Source: the human T2T-CHM13v2.0 reference genome, Homo sapiens. Taken from it: a DNA stretch of 64,000 nucleotides. Shown one piece after another: positions 13,712-27,600 of this stretch. Location: NCBI RefSeq assembly GCF_009914755.1, contig NC_060935.1. The stretch is one strand, 5' to 3'. Below the pieces are notes generated by a model, which did no database searches, was not told the DNA's origin, and saw only the letters and a program-made list of their open reading frames with translations. Every line of letters starts with the position of its first letter. Within the stretch, counting starts at the first letter, position 1. The translations under genes and the position numbers were made by a program.

Positions 13712-14274
13712 GCCCTGCTTGTTTCCATGGCAGTGCAACAATCATTCTAAAACTTGGTGGCTTGAAACGATAATAATCGTTTTCTATCTCTCACAATTTT
13801 ATGGGTCAGGAATCTAAGAGAAGCCAATATGGGCCTTCTGACTTGGGGTCTCTGATGAGGTTGCAGTCAGACAATGGCGAGGGCCAGGATCATACTGAAG
13901 ACTTCCTCCCTCACATGTTCTGATGTCTGATCTGAGAGGACTGTAGGCTGACTTATCTGGGACTCCTTGGGCATCTGTAACGCTATGGGGTGTCTTCACA
14001 TGTTCTCCCCCGTATGGGGGCTTCAGGGTAGCTGAATTTTTACATGTTGACTTAAAGTTCTGAAGATAAATGTCCCAGAAAGGTCACAGCCAGGCTAGGA
14101 AGACATAGTGTCACTTCTGGCATCCACTATTAGTTGAGACAGTTATGAAGGTCCATCCAGGCTTGAGGGGAGGCATGGAGAGAGAGGGTAAAAATCCTGC
14201 CTCATGATGGAGGTCTATCGATATTATATTGTAAGAAGAATGTTTGAGATGGTTATCTTTGAAAAAATGCCACA
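13712..14274 (-). mobile_element. MLT1 (G/H-like) solo LTR
   Basis: aaaacttggtggcttgaaac...atgggtcaggaat...ggggtctctgatgaggttgcagtcaga. Confidence 0.8.
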
Positions 14275-15469
14275 GTATGCCACATCCCTTAAGAAACAAT
14301 ATCCCTGAAAAAAAACAACATGCTACTCATTATGTCAGATTTTTAATATCTAACAGACCTAGTTGTCTGACTACAACTTGTTAAATCAGTTAAAAGTAGA
14401 ATTTTAGATATTCAGTTTTTTTATTGCAGAGCTACTCTAATTGGAAGCCTATACAGAGGCAAGCTCTCAACAATTAATTAGGAATCCATGAACTTGTGTG
14501 GCATGTAAGAAGCATGGTTATAATATGGTTATAATAAAAATGGGAAATAAATTAAGATCTTTGGGCATCTACTATGTGTCAGCCACTGTCATACATTAGT
14601 TACCTAAATTATAATCATTAGTCAAACAAACATTTATGAAATGTCTCCAATCTATCAATACTAGTTGTGAGGAAGATCAATACGATAGACCTCATTCAAT
14701 TCTCAGGAAGTGGAACAACAGAAACTCAGATTCTCAATTTTATGTTATTTCTTCTGATAAGCTTTATTTTTATGGATTTTACACAATAATAGGATGCCAA
14801 CTTTCAAATTATTGGATGGACTCTAAGTCTACCTGAGTATGGAAAAGGGATTGGTCAGAAAAGACTGGGCATTCAGAGATGGTCTTCATCTTTATCCTTA
14901 GGTCTATGGAGTGAAACTTGAAGCAGGAACTAGGCTAAAGGGTGGATAAGTAGAAAGAGGAGACACAAGGAGAATAGCATAACTAAAAGTGAAAAGACCA
15001 GTGTGTATACAGCCTTTGTTCCAAGAGCAAAGAATAGAAGCTAAGTAATATTTTGAGTGTGATGTCAACATTTCAGTATTTTATTTTCAATGGCATTCTT
15101 TTTTTAGCTTGTTTGGTAGGAGCAAGTACCTAAGTCATTATGAGAAAAGACAGATATAACCCTTCCATTAGAAAATAAAATTTAAAAAAATCATGATGGT
15201 TGGGGACTAACAAACCATTGACAAGTACTTAGCTTTTAATTTTCTATATTTTTATATTTCTCAGTGATGGCTGTTGCTCTTCATCTATCACTTGTTCAAA
15301 GCACACATTTAAGATATTAATTACACCAATAGGATGAACAGGAGGTAGAGAAATAGTAGAGATTTGTTGTGTTTTCTTATCTACATGTGAACACTGGGAC
15401 CTCATTTCTATAAGGACAAGAGAATTCTGTGTAAACCAGTTTGAATGGAATGAATATTCATAATAACAA

Positions 15470-15930
15470 TATCAATTACTATTTATTCATTGCATAAGAT
15501 GCACTTAATTTTATACTATAACCCTATAAAGTAGACGTTATCATTTCCTTTCACAGATAAGGAAACTAAAGTACAGAGAAGTTAAACAGGCTACCCAAAG
15601 TACCAGCTAAGAAATGGCAAAGGCATTATTTTGAGCCCGTGCCACTTGACTCATTCCAGGATGGTGCTTCAGTATGGAGGTGTTAATGCTTTGAGTCATT
15701 GTCCCAATGGGAAGATGGTTTTCACTAATGCAGCCAACTACTATGATGGTTAACACCAATCCTCAATCCAGTGGTTCTGGCATCACCATTTACTAGCTGT
15801 TCAGACTTGAGCAAGTTAGTTAACCTCTGTGTAGCAAAGTTTATTAAGATTAAATAATTCATATGAAACAATTGTAAAAATGGCTACCCTAAAGGAAGTG
15901 ATCAATAAAGGTGCTATTACTACACTAACA
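15470..15930. mobile_element. Two MIR SINEs (minus ~15470-15660, plus ~15740-15930)
   Basis: cacagataaggaaactaaagtacagagaagttaa; tttactagctgttcagacttgagcaagttagttaacctctgtg. Confidence 0.75.
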
Positions 15931-16410
15931 TTGCTTTATTATCACTATATATTTACAAGACAACTGGCTAGTATTAGAGGTACAGTCTGGTCTAAAAGCA
16001 AAACAGAACCTTCCTTAAAAAAATGGTTTGGAATCAATAACAAGTTTATCTAGTTGATGGGCTACATGGTTGAAGAACCTCTATAACTAGTCATCAGTAT
16101 TAACTGTTAAAAGGGTAGATACCATAGGAAATAACTGTCGATAAATGTGTAGTCTCTGCTTGCAGTCCCATCATATGATGGTCCCATCACAGAACCAACT
16201 GTGATTCTGCATAATGAATTTCTATTTTTTACCATTTGAAGCAACTTGAAAGAATGATTATTGCCAGAGAATAATTTTTTGGTGCAGAACTTGAAAGAAA
16301 AAAATGTGACAAGGAAAGGGAAAATTTCTATAATTTTACCTAAAGTACAGAGAATTACAGTTATTACTAGGAGAGAAATTATTTAGATACGTTTCTTGCC
16401 CTTAAAAAAA

Positions 16411-16597
16411 TAGTGTTGCCCCAATAACATACAGGGAGCCCAGTTGAATTTTAATTTTAGATAAACAATACATACTTATTTAATATACATATGTCCCAAA
16501 TATCTCATGGGGCTTATTCCTACTATGAAAATATTTTTGTCCTAAATACAAATTTAACTAATGTCCTATGTTTTTATTTGTCAAATCTGACAACTGT
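16411..16597. mobile_element. MER53 palindromic MITE, decayed
   Basis: tagtgttgcc...cccagttgaattttaattttagataaacaa...atgtcccaaatatctcatgggg...aaatctgacaac. Confidence 0.8.
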
Positions 16598-16959
16598 GCT
16601 TAAAATGATCATGATTAGTCATTATCTAATGAGCTCAGGTATTTTCCCATTTGCTAATTTTACACTTAAGTGTGAGGCAGTATGTAATGTCAAGCTCAGG
16701 AAGTATAGAGCCCTAGGCTGTGTATGATGTGAAGTGAACAATCATAATAAGGTGTGCAGACTGAGTTCAACCTCCCACTCTTATCTCTTATCTTCCCTAT
16801 CATGTACCCTGCATTTCCGTTGAAATGTGAAATGTGTTGATTCTATAATCCTAAACTTCCCTTTGCCCATTATTCACTTTCTTTTATTTTCCCAGGAGTA
16901 TCCTTCCCTGTCATCTTCTTTCCATCAAATTCCTAACATTCTTCAAGGGCTATTAGAAA

Positions 16960-17318
16960 TGGATGCTTGCTTACCTATCGCATGTCATAGAGTTGTGTGG
17001 CAAAGATCATGGTTTTTACAGTGGAATGACAACAGAAGTGAGGTATTTTCTTTCTGGGCCAGGGTGGTCAAGAATAAGTATGCCTTCTCCACTTTTTGTC
17101 CTCTTTTATTATCTACAGACAGACAAGCATGATGATCTTGGAAACTATGTTGAAGATGGGGAACCGACAGGATGAAAGGATTCTGCGTTTCTGTATCACA
17201 CTTTTGAGGAGAGGTACATGAGGATCAGAAACACTTGTTAAGAATGTTACAGAGCCAAGAAATTAACATGTATTTTTTTCTAGTTTTGTTATTGTTTAGT
17301 GTTAGCCTAACTAATATA
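16960..17318 (+). mobile_element. MLT1I/J-like LTR
   Basis: gtggaatgacaacagaagtgagg...tgttgaagatggg...gatgaaaggattctg; end ctaactaatata. Confidence 0.65.
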
Positions 17319-17459
17319 GGCCATAATTAATTGTTTCTTACTCTGTGAAGCTTTTGTACATTAAATAAATAAGAATATCATTAGGCATTAAATACAAGTT
17401 TAAGTGCCATGGATTTTGCATTGGAAGAACTCACTGAGTAGTAGACACGCAATTATAAT

Positions 17460-17700
17460 AAGGAATTACATTTTTGAGGGCTGTGTTTCACATACTGTGA
17501 TAGTCACTTTACCATATTATTTCATTTGATTCTCATTTTAAAAATGCCTTTAGAAAGATGTGATGATGATGATTATTCCCATTCTACTGATAAACTGAGA
17601 CACAAAGATGTTAAAAAATTTGCTGAAAGTCAGAAAATGAAGTATAGAAGTCAGGTTTCAATCCTAGGCAATCTGACCATGCTGAATCAATATTGAATTT
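17460..17700 (-). mobile_element. MIR SINE within L2 fragments
   Basis: ttattcccattctactgataaactgagacacaaagatgttaa. Confidence 0.65.
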
Positions 17701-18730
17701 CACTATGAATAATGTTATTGTATGGAAGAGTAAGATCACAAATAAAGGCTGGCTAGTTTTACTGGAGCAGGGTTATCCAGAAAACTTGCTTGGAAAAGGT
17801 AATTCTTGAGCTGATTATGAAAGGATAAACAATTATGGAATTATAAAGGCCTCACATGTCATACTCAGGCATTTGTATCTACCCCCCAAAATGGTGAGGA
17901 ATCCTCGAAGTGCTAAGGGAAGGAGTAACAGAGTCAGCTTCATGTTCTTTCCAGGATTCTTTCCTGATATTTTTGAGAAAATATCCTTACCTGTCCTATA
18001 GTGCAAACACTTGTTTTTTTTAAGGAACTCAAGGAAGTCAATTCTTTCATGAAGACTTTACTGGAAGGCACCTACTTGTTCTGAACTCTTTGTGCTTTTT
18101 TGTTGTTGTTGCTTCCTTTTTACTGCTGGATCTCTGAGGAAACATTCCAGCATGTCACCATGTCAGTAGCCAAATCAGACCGATGATGAGAACAGCATGC
18201 TATATTAGTAACAGAAAAACAAGGCTGTAAACCCTGTTTCAAAGACTTCATGTTGCTCTTGGCTATCGCTGGGGAAAGGCTTGAGCCAGGCATATGAAGT
18301 ACAAAAGCACGAAGGCTGCTTCAGATCTGTGATTGGGTAGCACAGAAAGACTTGAAACAAGCATTAAGATAAGTTCCCAGAAGAGTTTCTGACATGTAGT
18401 AGGCATTCAATTAATATACTTGGAATGAATGAAGATGAAAAGAGACTCTTTCCTCATCCCTGTACTGGTACCAGTGGCTATAAATTGCTCCGCAGGTTCT
18501 CCTTAACCATGTGTTATAGGTTGGGGAGAGGTATCAGGCAGGTGGGCAGAAGCAAAGGAGAACATTTACCAATAATCTGTTACCCTAAGATTAGACTTCC
18601 AAATGTCTCATCCACCAAACATGAAATTAAAAATGAAAGTTGAAAGATCTTTGTTAGGCCAAAAGTTAACAATTTTGCCTTGTAGAAGAGATTGCACCAT
18701 TCATATTTGGCAACAGTGTTAAAGATTATA

Positions 18731-18799
18731 TGACTAGGTTGGACGTTAAATATGGTGCTAATTAAGCCAGAGGTCAGGGTTTATTCACTGTATGGGCCA
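18731..18799 (+). pseudogene. Decayed tRNA-Ile(AAT)-derived relic (tRNA pseudogene or MamSINE1-type head)
   Basis: tggtgctaattaagccagaggtcagggtttattcactgtatgggcca parallels tRNA-Ile tggtgctaataacgccaaggtcgcgggttcgatccccgtacgggcca; A and B boxes mutated. Confidence 0.6.
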
Positions 18800-18959
18800 T
18801 TTGATTTTTCTGTGCCTAGCACATTGTAGGCATTCAATGAATGCTTATTTATTGAAACAATATAGGAAACAGAACTGTGTGGTATGCAAAGGAGACTACC
18901 TATTTAATATGCTTGACAGGCAGTTTCTCTACAGCAAACTAGGAGCAAGAGGAATGAAT

Positions 18960-19170
18960 GAGGCAGTGTATTGTAGGTGACATTGATTCAAGCAAGTAAG
19001 GAATGTCCAAATATTGGTCTTGCACCTTAGCTGTGGTATGACATTAGGCAAGATGCTTGGTCTTTCTAAGCCTTTTTTTCTTCTATAAAATGTAAACATT
19101 TTCACCTGTATCATAATGTCATTTGAGGATTAAATTAGCTAAGACAAGTAGATATTTGATAAATGTTAGT
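18960..19170 (+). mobile_element. MIR SINE
   Basis: tagctgtggtatgacattaggcaag...tctaagcctttttttcttctataaaatg...tgaggattaaat. Confidence 0.7.
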
Positions 19171-20270
19171 GAGAAGGGAACATTAAGTTTGAGGCCACTA
19201 AGCCCCAAGGACAGAGCTGATCATCTCCAAGGGCTCACTAATTAGACCAAATGGGTTGTTCATGGCCATCATCCAATTTGACTGGTTAGTTCTATTACTC
19301 GCCATTACTAAATATTTTGCCTCTCATTTCTGCCTTAGGAAATCATTATATCACACAGGGCAATAAATCAATACCTTTTAACTATGACCTCAGGTCATGA
19401 AGGAGAGCAATGAATTACATTCCAAATGTTCTAAGAAGAAAGTAGGTAATGCCTTTAAAGGAAGATGTTGGTCTTCTCTGAATGAATATTTTCCCCTACA
19501 GATCAAATAGTTAATCATGATTTATGTGGGCAATTCACTTGCTAGAACGTTGAAATCCCTGATGAGGCTACATCAACGAATGTTCTGGTGGTGGCTATGC
19601 CTCATTTACTCTTAAAGGAATATGCTCCAGGAAAGGCATAGGTTCAGATAAAAAGCAGTCTTGGGTTTGTTGAAATGAAGTAAGCATTGAAGCATCAAGG
19701 CAAGAGCTCCTGAGAGCAGGGCTGGGGTGTGGCCTGAGAGCAATGCCAGCAGGGTCTTATGTAACAGAGGGCCTGTTTAACTCCAGCAGGAAACGCTACG
19801 TCCAGACGACACCCTGCTTCCAGACGACTGCCAGGTAGCAGGCTGACTGCCTCTTTTCTTCTCTCTTCCCCATGAAAGGGAGACCCAGAGCAGAATTTTC
19901 CCTCACAGCCTGAATTTATTAGATTTTTTTTCTCCCAACTATGCTGTGGAGGTTGAATTGCCCTCATTCATAAGCTGACTCCAGACCAAAAGAAAGAGAC
20001 AGCAGGATCCAGCTATTGCACCTAATAAAATGTGTCCACTGGAAATCATGAGAGAAAATTGGATGAACGATTCTAAATAATAAGGGTCCTCAGGAACCTG
20101 CACTGGAATGCCAACACGTTTTACAGGTTTGGGAGTATAAAGATGCTTTGAGCTAAGCATTAAAAATAAAATACCCCCTCACCCTTGATCACCAGTTCAT
20201 CTCTGGTTTCTGATGATTCTCAAGAGATTTCTTCTCTCCAGAGAAGAAATCATTTTTTTTTCTCTCTCTC

Positions 20271-20589
20271 TTTTTTTTTTTTTTTTTTTACGGAGTCTCG
20301 CTCTGTGGCCCAGGCTGGAGTTGCAGTGGCACGATCTCCGCTCACTGCAAGCTCCGCCTCCTGGGTTTATGCCATTTTCCTGCCTCAGCCTCCTGAGTAG
20401 CTGGGACTACAGGCACCCGGCACCACGCCCGGCTGTTTTTGTTTTGTTTTGTTTTGTTTTTTTGCATTTTTAGTAGAGATGGGGTTTCACCGTGTTAGCC
20501 AGGATGGTCTCGATCTCCTGACCTCGTGATCCGCCCGCCTCGGCCTGCCAAAGTGCTGGGATTACAGGCGTGAGCCACCGCGCTCGGCC
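20271..20589 (-). mobile_element. AluY
   Basis: Diagnostics cactgcaagctccgcc, cgtgttagccaggatggtctcgatctcctgacctcgtgatcc; expanded (gtttt)n middle region. Confidence 0.95.
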
Positions 20590-21769
20590 CAAATCCTTGC
20601 TCTTTATAAAGAAGAAAGCGGATTGAGCTTCAAGGCAGATCAGTGGGAAGGATTTGAGAGTCTGGATTGGTTTCAGCCAGAGCCCCTACTCTCACTCTCT
20701 CAAAGCCATCTCCTCCCAGCCCTGCTCACCAGCACTGTTCATAATTATCTGCTGTCATGATGCTATTGCTTTTGGCAATAAACACTTAGCACGTTGCTAC
20801 TGGTTTTTGCCAAGACAGCATGCCCCACTCAGATTTATGATCTAAAAGATGCAAGACTAATTTTCACATCATAGTTCATTCCATAAAAGAATGTGGTTGC
20901 ATAAAAAAAAAAAATCCCTCCTCTCTCACCATGTCCACCTCCTCTCCACCCCATGCTCCCCATATCCAGGACAAGCTGTAGAATGTATAAGTGGAAATGC
21001 AAAAGCTTTGTTTGGGGAAAAGGGCAGAGCCTTAATGAGCTGCGTGTTTGAAATCTGATTTAAGGTTTATTTCTTTTTGTCAGAATACACTTTCTTTTAT
21101 TCTTCCAAAAAAAAAAAATCAAAGGTAGAGTCATAAATGAAAAAGAATTTCCCACTGACACCTGGTAGTCCTTTCCACCATCCTCTGTTTGTGCCTTTTG
21201 AGCACCTCTGCTCTTCCTCTGCCAAGCATCTGTTTTATCCAAGTCAACATGGCAGAGAACAAAGGCTGTAGGAGCAAATGTACTTGGGTTCATATTCACT
21301 AAACCTCTTTGAGTTTCAGTCTCTCTATTAATACATAAATCTGTAGTTGGCATAAGAATACCTTTTCTTCATGGCAATGTGAGGGTCGAATACAAACCTA
21401 TGCTAAAGTGTCTGATAAAAGATTGACACTTACAAAAAAAAATGCTAGCTTCCTTCTGTCCTTCCCTCCCGCACTTCTTTACATAGTACTTCCCCTGTGG
21501 GCTTCTGTATCTCTTTTTAGGCCCTCTTTTCTCATCCTGAGCCATCCAAAAATGCCGCTGACACGAAACCTTCCCATCTCTAATTTGCCTGTTTCCTCTT
21601 CCAGTCTCTCAGAACATTGTTCTGCCTTTTGTTGTTCTGACAGCCTAACCTTAGTTAGAGAAAATTGGATGCACTTGGTGAATATATTGCTTCTTTCAGG
21701 TGACATCCTCACTTTAATATAAATGGAGGCAATGGCTTAATCCAAATCCTAACATCCTGAAGTAAATTA

Positions 21770-22620
21770 CCTTGGCAAATATTTATTGAACACTAATTAA
21801 TGCAAAGCACTGAAGTGGATGTAGGGAAAGATGAAAAATAGACTCAGGTCTCGGGTCCTTACAGAATTTGTAGTCTGGTATGAAAGACAGACATATAGAA
21901 ATAATTATTAAAAGTTTGGATTCCAGAGAATGTTAAAATAGGAGTTGAACTAAGAGTCATGGGAGTATATGAAAGAAGGAGATGAATTCCAGCTGGAGAA
22001 ATATAGGAGCTACTATGCGGGAGGCATGTTTGGGCTAAATCCTTAAGGATGGGGTTTGGGAATGGCATGAATAACTTGAGTAAAGATCCAACAACTAAAG
22101 AATGCATAATGATTTTGGAATAGTAAGTTGAATATGTTTTTTGTAATAAAAGTTACAGGTTGAGAATATATGCATCGTGAAAAATAAAATTATAAATCAA
22201 TAAAATTAGTTGATGGCTCTGCTTGGCAGCTTAAGAAATCTGCTTTTTACTTGCAGTAAAAATCTATTAGGAATTCTAAAGCAGGAAAGGTCATGATTAT
22301 TTGTTGTGTTAAAAAGACCACTCTGACAGCAGATTTGCATTGGAATCAGAAAAGCTGGTAGCAGGATGACTAGATAGAAAATGGTTACTATAATTTAGGG
22401 CCACTGTAACAAGGCAATAGTAGTCAGAGGGTAATGAAGTAACAGAAGGCAGGAACAGATGGAGGGACATTTGGGAGGCAGAGACAACAGTGCTTGGCTT
22501 CTTCGCGAAGTGTAGAGAGTGCCGAAGAAGAAAAAGGAAGGTTAATCTAAAGTTTTGTTTTTTGTTTTTTGGTTTTTTTCCTGGAAGACCAAAAATGTAA
22601 TAATGTCGTCAGCAAAATAA
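21770..22620 (-). mobile_element. L2 fragments
   Basis: caaatatttattgaacac...acagaatttgtagtctgg...aaagaccactctgacagcag. Confidence 0.75.
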
Positions 22621-22780
22621 GTAAGTTATGTGATTGGTTTGGGGCTCGCAATAGAAGAAATTAAGTGCAGGCAGACCTTTCCTAATCTTGGACAGCTTTA
22701 AACTCACTGGGTCACAATTTTCTCGTCTACAAAGTAGGAATCATAATTCATGTTGTAGTTTACTCACAGGGTTGCTGTGA

Positions 22781-23279
<499 letters not shown>

Positions 23280-24309
23280 CAAATATCATTTTTCTTTACC
23301 TGATCTAGCAGTCTGTGATTTTTCATTGCCAGAGTGTTCTGGATTGAATCAGCTCCATTTAGGATTTTGACCAAAAGATTTCCAAATGGAAAACAAAAGC
23401 CATTGTTATGAAAGCCTGAAATGTCTCCACTTCCTGCAATTGGCTTACATATGAGTACTTTAGTCTTCATGGAATAGCTTAGAAGGGGCCTGAGACATGA
23501 AAGGGAATTATATTTAGCAAAACCAATGCCATAAAACCTTCTTTACTCTCAAACTGTGGAGAGGATTTGCTATGTCCACACATCTAAGTGTCACCTGTGT
23601 GTGCCTTCTTAGAGTTGGCAACAGTCTGCTGAAATGAGATACTTAATTGGGATCCTGGGAATCTTGAAGTTGCTAAGAGAGTCAGAGAGACAGCCTTCAG
23701 AGAAAATGTGATTATGATGCTTGATTCTCTGCTGGAAATGTGAGCAGCTGATGGGGAAAGCAGTATGTGACAAGATGCTACCCCCACAAACGTGGTTAGG
23801 ACATGGAGACGTATTCGTCTTAGGTCTAGAATTACATGTGTGGCATTTCCTTCATCCAGTTAGGTACATGTGTATGTATATATGTATGTATTTGGTTTAT
23901 TTATTTGTTTACTTACATCCAATTTTATTCCGGTTTTGAAGCAACTGTAAAACCGGTATTAAAGGGTAAAGTAATTAGATAGGAAAACTGTAACAAAAAG
24001 AAAGAAAACAAGTTATGGTGATAGCACAGAGAAAAACAAACCACGCATCCCTGTCAGACTTGTCATCTAATTCTGGCTTTAATTCCTTGGTAGCCAAAAT
24101 AAACATCAAAGCTTCTCAGTGTGCACGGATATTTCTACTGTGGATCCTCATAAAGGCAACACCCTGGAATACGGCGGGCACCATCTTCAACAACTTCATT
24201 GTAGATACCACAGAACGTTTCATCTGATTGTTTCACTGAGATACCACAGTTCAGTGTGTATAAAGATCATCGTTGAGCCAATCAACAAAATTTGAATTCA
24301 GGCTGTAGA

Positions 24310-24620
24310 TGAAAAGTACTGGATCAAAGTTAAACTAACTAAAGTTAATAGCTATTCTGTGGTTACGTAAGAGAATATTTTTATCCTGATGAAATATACA
24401 CTGAAATATTTAGAAGTAAAGGGACATAGTGTATGCAGCCTAGTTTCATGTAGTTCAGGGGGAAAGGAGAGGAGGATAGAGAGAAAATTTTAAAGCAAAT
24501 AGGGCTATATGTTATCAACAGGTAAATCTGGGTAAAGGGTATTTGAGTATTCAATATACTATTCTTATTCTTGCAATGTTTCTACAAGTTTGAAATTATT
24601 TCCAACTAAAATACCTTTTT
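24310..24620 (+). mobile_element. L1ME 3'UTR fragment
   Basis: gaaatatacactgaaatatttagaagtaaaggg...ggtaaatctgggtaaagggtat...aagtttgaaattatttcc. Confidence 0.8.
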
Positions 24621-27600
24621 AAAAAAAGGAATAATTTTTATTAGAATTTAAATGCAAAATTTATTTAAAAAGAAGTACATGCAATAGTGCATGTTAGAAA
24701 GTTACAGGAGTAATAAACACCATTTTGATTTGTGAGTGAAAATTTTTTTCTTTTTAAATGTGTTCGATTAATTTATTCAAGATTATACTATATATATCGA
24801 AATATAAAATACCTGTAAAAATTCACAACCATTGTAATGATTTTAGTTTTAAGAATATAATTTTTACTGTTCATTTTTATTATAACACTGATACATTTTT
24901 AATACAGAAATTTTAGAATACAAAATTTTAGAATGGATATTTTGTGCATATATATCAGATGAAATTACTGGTAGTTTTATTTTATATATTTATGCATATT
25001 TGGTGTGCATATATATTTAAAAATATGAAATTATTGCATTATACAGTTTTGAAACTTGCCTTTTATAAACTTGATACAAATAGCTTTCTATAAAATGTAA
25101 TCCTTCAAACACCTGGATGCAATTCTTAACTGTTACAGTCTATTACTATTTATTTTCTTCTGTGTAAATTATTACTTGAGCTGTTGTATATGAAGATGAA
25201 AACTTAGAAGATAATACAACTACCTGTTAAAATTTATAAACTTCACAAGTCTTGCTGAATTATTTGAATCAACTATGAGGAAAGCCAATAAAGTTTACTT
25301 GACAAAATTTAACCTCTATGCCTCTATTTAGACAGAATAGCTGGTGGGTGATAGAATTTCACTTTATTAGCATTTTATCTCTCCCAATAAATGTTAATAG
25401 TGCTGGGAAAATGAAAGGCAATTCATATTTTCTTGTGCAACCTTTCCTAGTGAATGGAAATTCCAGTTTTCAGTTGACTTTGCCGTTTGGTTTTCAGTTG
25501 AACTTAAAATTAGAGATAGATTATCCATAGAAAATGAAAGCATGAGTGGAGAGAATTAATTTCTAAAAGCTTAGTGAGTTTTTTTATTCCAGCATGCCCA
25601 GGTAATACTTTCATGTGCATATGTTGGGAAAAGCAAGAAAAATTTCTGATAATGTGTTATTTCTACCAGAGTTCTTAGGAACTTTACCAGTGATGATTAC
25701 AAAAAGAACATAGTAAGGCCCCTTTTCACTTGGGAAATAATTGCTACCTTCTCATATTAACAAGCTGTTCTTCATTGCCAACCAGGCATTTACTATTACA
25801 GTCATTTGAGGTAAAATGGGCTGTTTGTTTTACAAGGAAGCCAAGCTGGAAGAAAGCAAATTGTGGGAATGTTTCTACAACAAAATTTCATGCAATTTGG
25901 AAATAAAATGTGTTCAGAAGGATTGAAAGAGATATATGATCTTGGGCCGGGGAAAACAAACAAACAAGGAAAAATACTCTGGCCCAGAACAGAACAATGT
26001 GACTTTATTTTGGAGACGATTTACCTAATTAAGTATATCTTTCTTTCTTTGAAAGTCTGAGATTGCTTTAATGTTTACAAAATTTATGATTCACTTCTGT
26101 TAATATGATCCTCTCAGAGGCTATCCCTCAAAACCACTAGGCTTCCTTGCTCACTTTTCTCTTGGACCAGAAAGGGCTAGTAGAATGCAATATTTTGAAA
26201 TAATTGTGTTGTCTTGTTGTTTCTATTTCTTTCCAATCATATTTCCTATTAAATTCCATTTCCCCAAACATACAAGGACTGCCATCAGCCTGCCAATGTT
26301 CTATATTTTGAGACTCTGTTTACCATCCAAATCTATTGGGATCTCAGATCCCCCAATTCCTACTGAGGAAAAAAGATGAGAGGTTAACCAGGAACCTCAT
26401 ATCTGCTAAAATTTAGCAAATGAATATTCTCAGAAAATAATATACCTTAATTCAGCTGACGTCCTTAAGAAGCTTTTAGTTTCTAAGACTATAAAGACAG
26501 ATATTTTTTGGCCCAGAGTCCTTTCTGTGAACTAAGTAGGTCACCATCTACTCCGTTTATGGGAAAGAGCAGGTCCAAATATGGCCTTTAATTTTGAAGT
26601 CCTATTGGTGAATATTGTGATCTCAAATCCTAAAAGAGATTATAGACTATCTCTTTGATTTCACGATTGAAGAACACAAGTTTCAGAGAGATGTGATAAG
26701 TTGTCCAAGGTCAGTGACAGAGTGTGTGCCCGACTGGATTTGGAACTCAGGACTTTGGCTGTCTTGTCAAGCATCCCTTTTGTACCATCCCTGTCTCTAA
26801 ATTGGAGATTTCTAACAAGATTACAAAATAGCCAAAGAGAATTAGAAGATTTTAACATAAGACACGATACAGATGTTTGGAATCTAGCCTTCAAAATATT
26901 TTTTTGACAGTTCCTGGATCAAAAACATTCTGCTTGACCTGGAAAATATGTATTGATGTTAAATATGGTCTCTGAAACCAATTTTTGCTAATTGGATTTA
27001 CTATATTATCCAGTTTAATTTGGTATTATGTAGTCTTTGAAACAGTTAATTTAGAAAATTTGATCAATTGCTTGTTCTGAATGTTTATACAGTTGCCTGA
27101 TTGTTTCCTTTATTTTAATCCAAAGATACTGGCATAAAAAATAAAGGCAACTATATGAGTAATTAAAACAAAAATATTTGCATGTTTATCTTAATATTCA
27201 ATATTTCAGGTAAAAGATTGCCACTATCTGATATTATAAAGCAAATCTATTATCTATTCATATGTAGACAAAACAGAAATTTTTTTGGATAACATATCTT
27301 AAAGAGAGAAATATGATATATCCATTTTCCTCTAATTTTATGTATTTCACAAATAATATTTAATAATTCTAGAGATAAAAACAAGAGAAGGAAGGAAGGG
27401 AGGGGGAGCAAGAGGGAAAAAGGGAGAAGAGGGACAAAAGAGAGAAAAGCTACCTATCATCCATCTGTAGCAGTCTTCAATTTTCATATTCTCTTCCCTA
27501 TATGAATAGTTTCATAGTTGTGAACAGGAATAAATTCTGTTTTGATTCTATATCAAACATTAAGCATTTTATCATAGATACAGGCATTGTATTATAATTT

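Noticed and set aside
16411-16597. MER53 as a miR-1302-type precursor
   Set aside because: The arms look too decayed to form a clean hairpin.
23890-24300. Possible L4/RTE-X ancient LINE on the minus strand
   Set aside because: Only a weak remembered similarity at one end; not supportable without a profile search.
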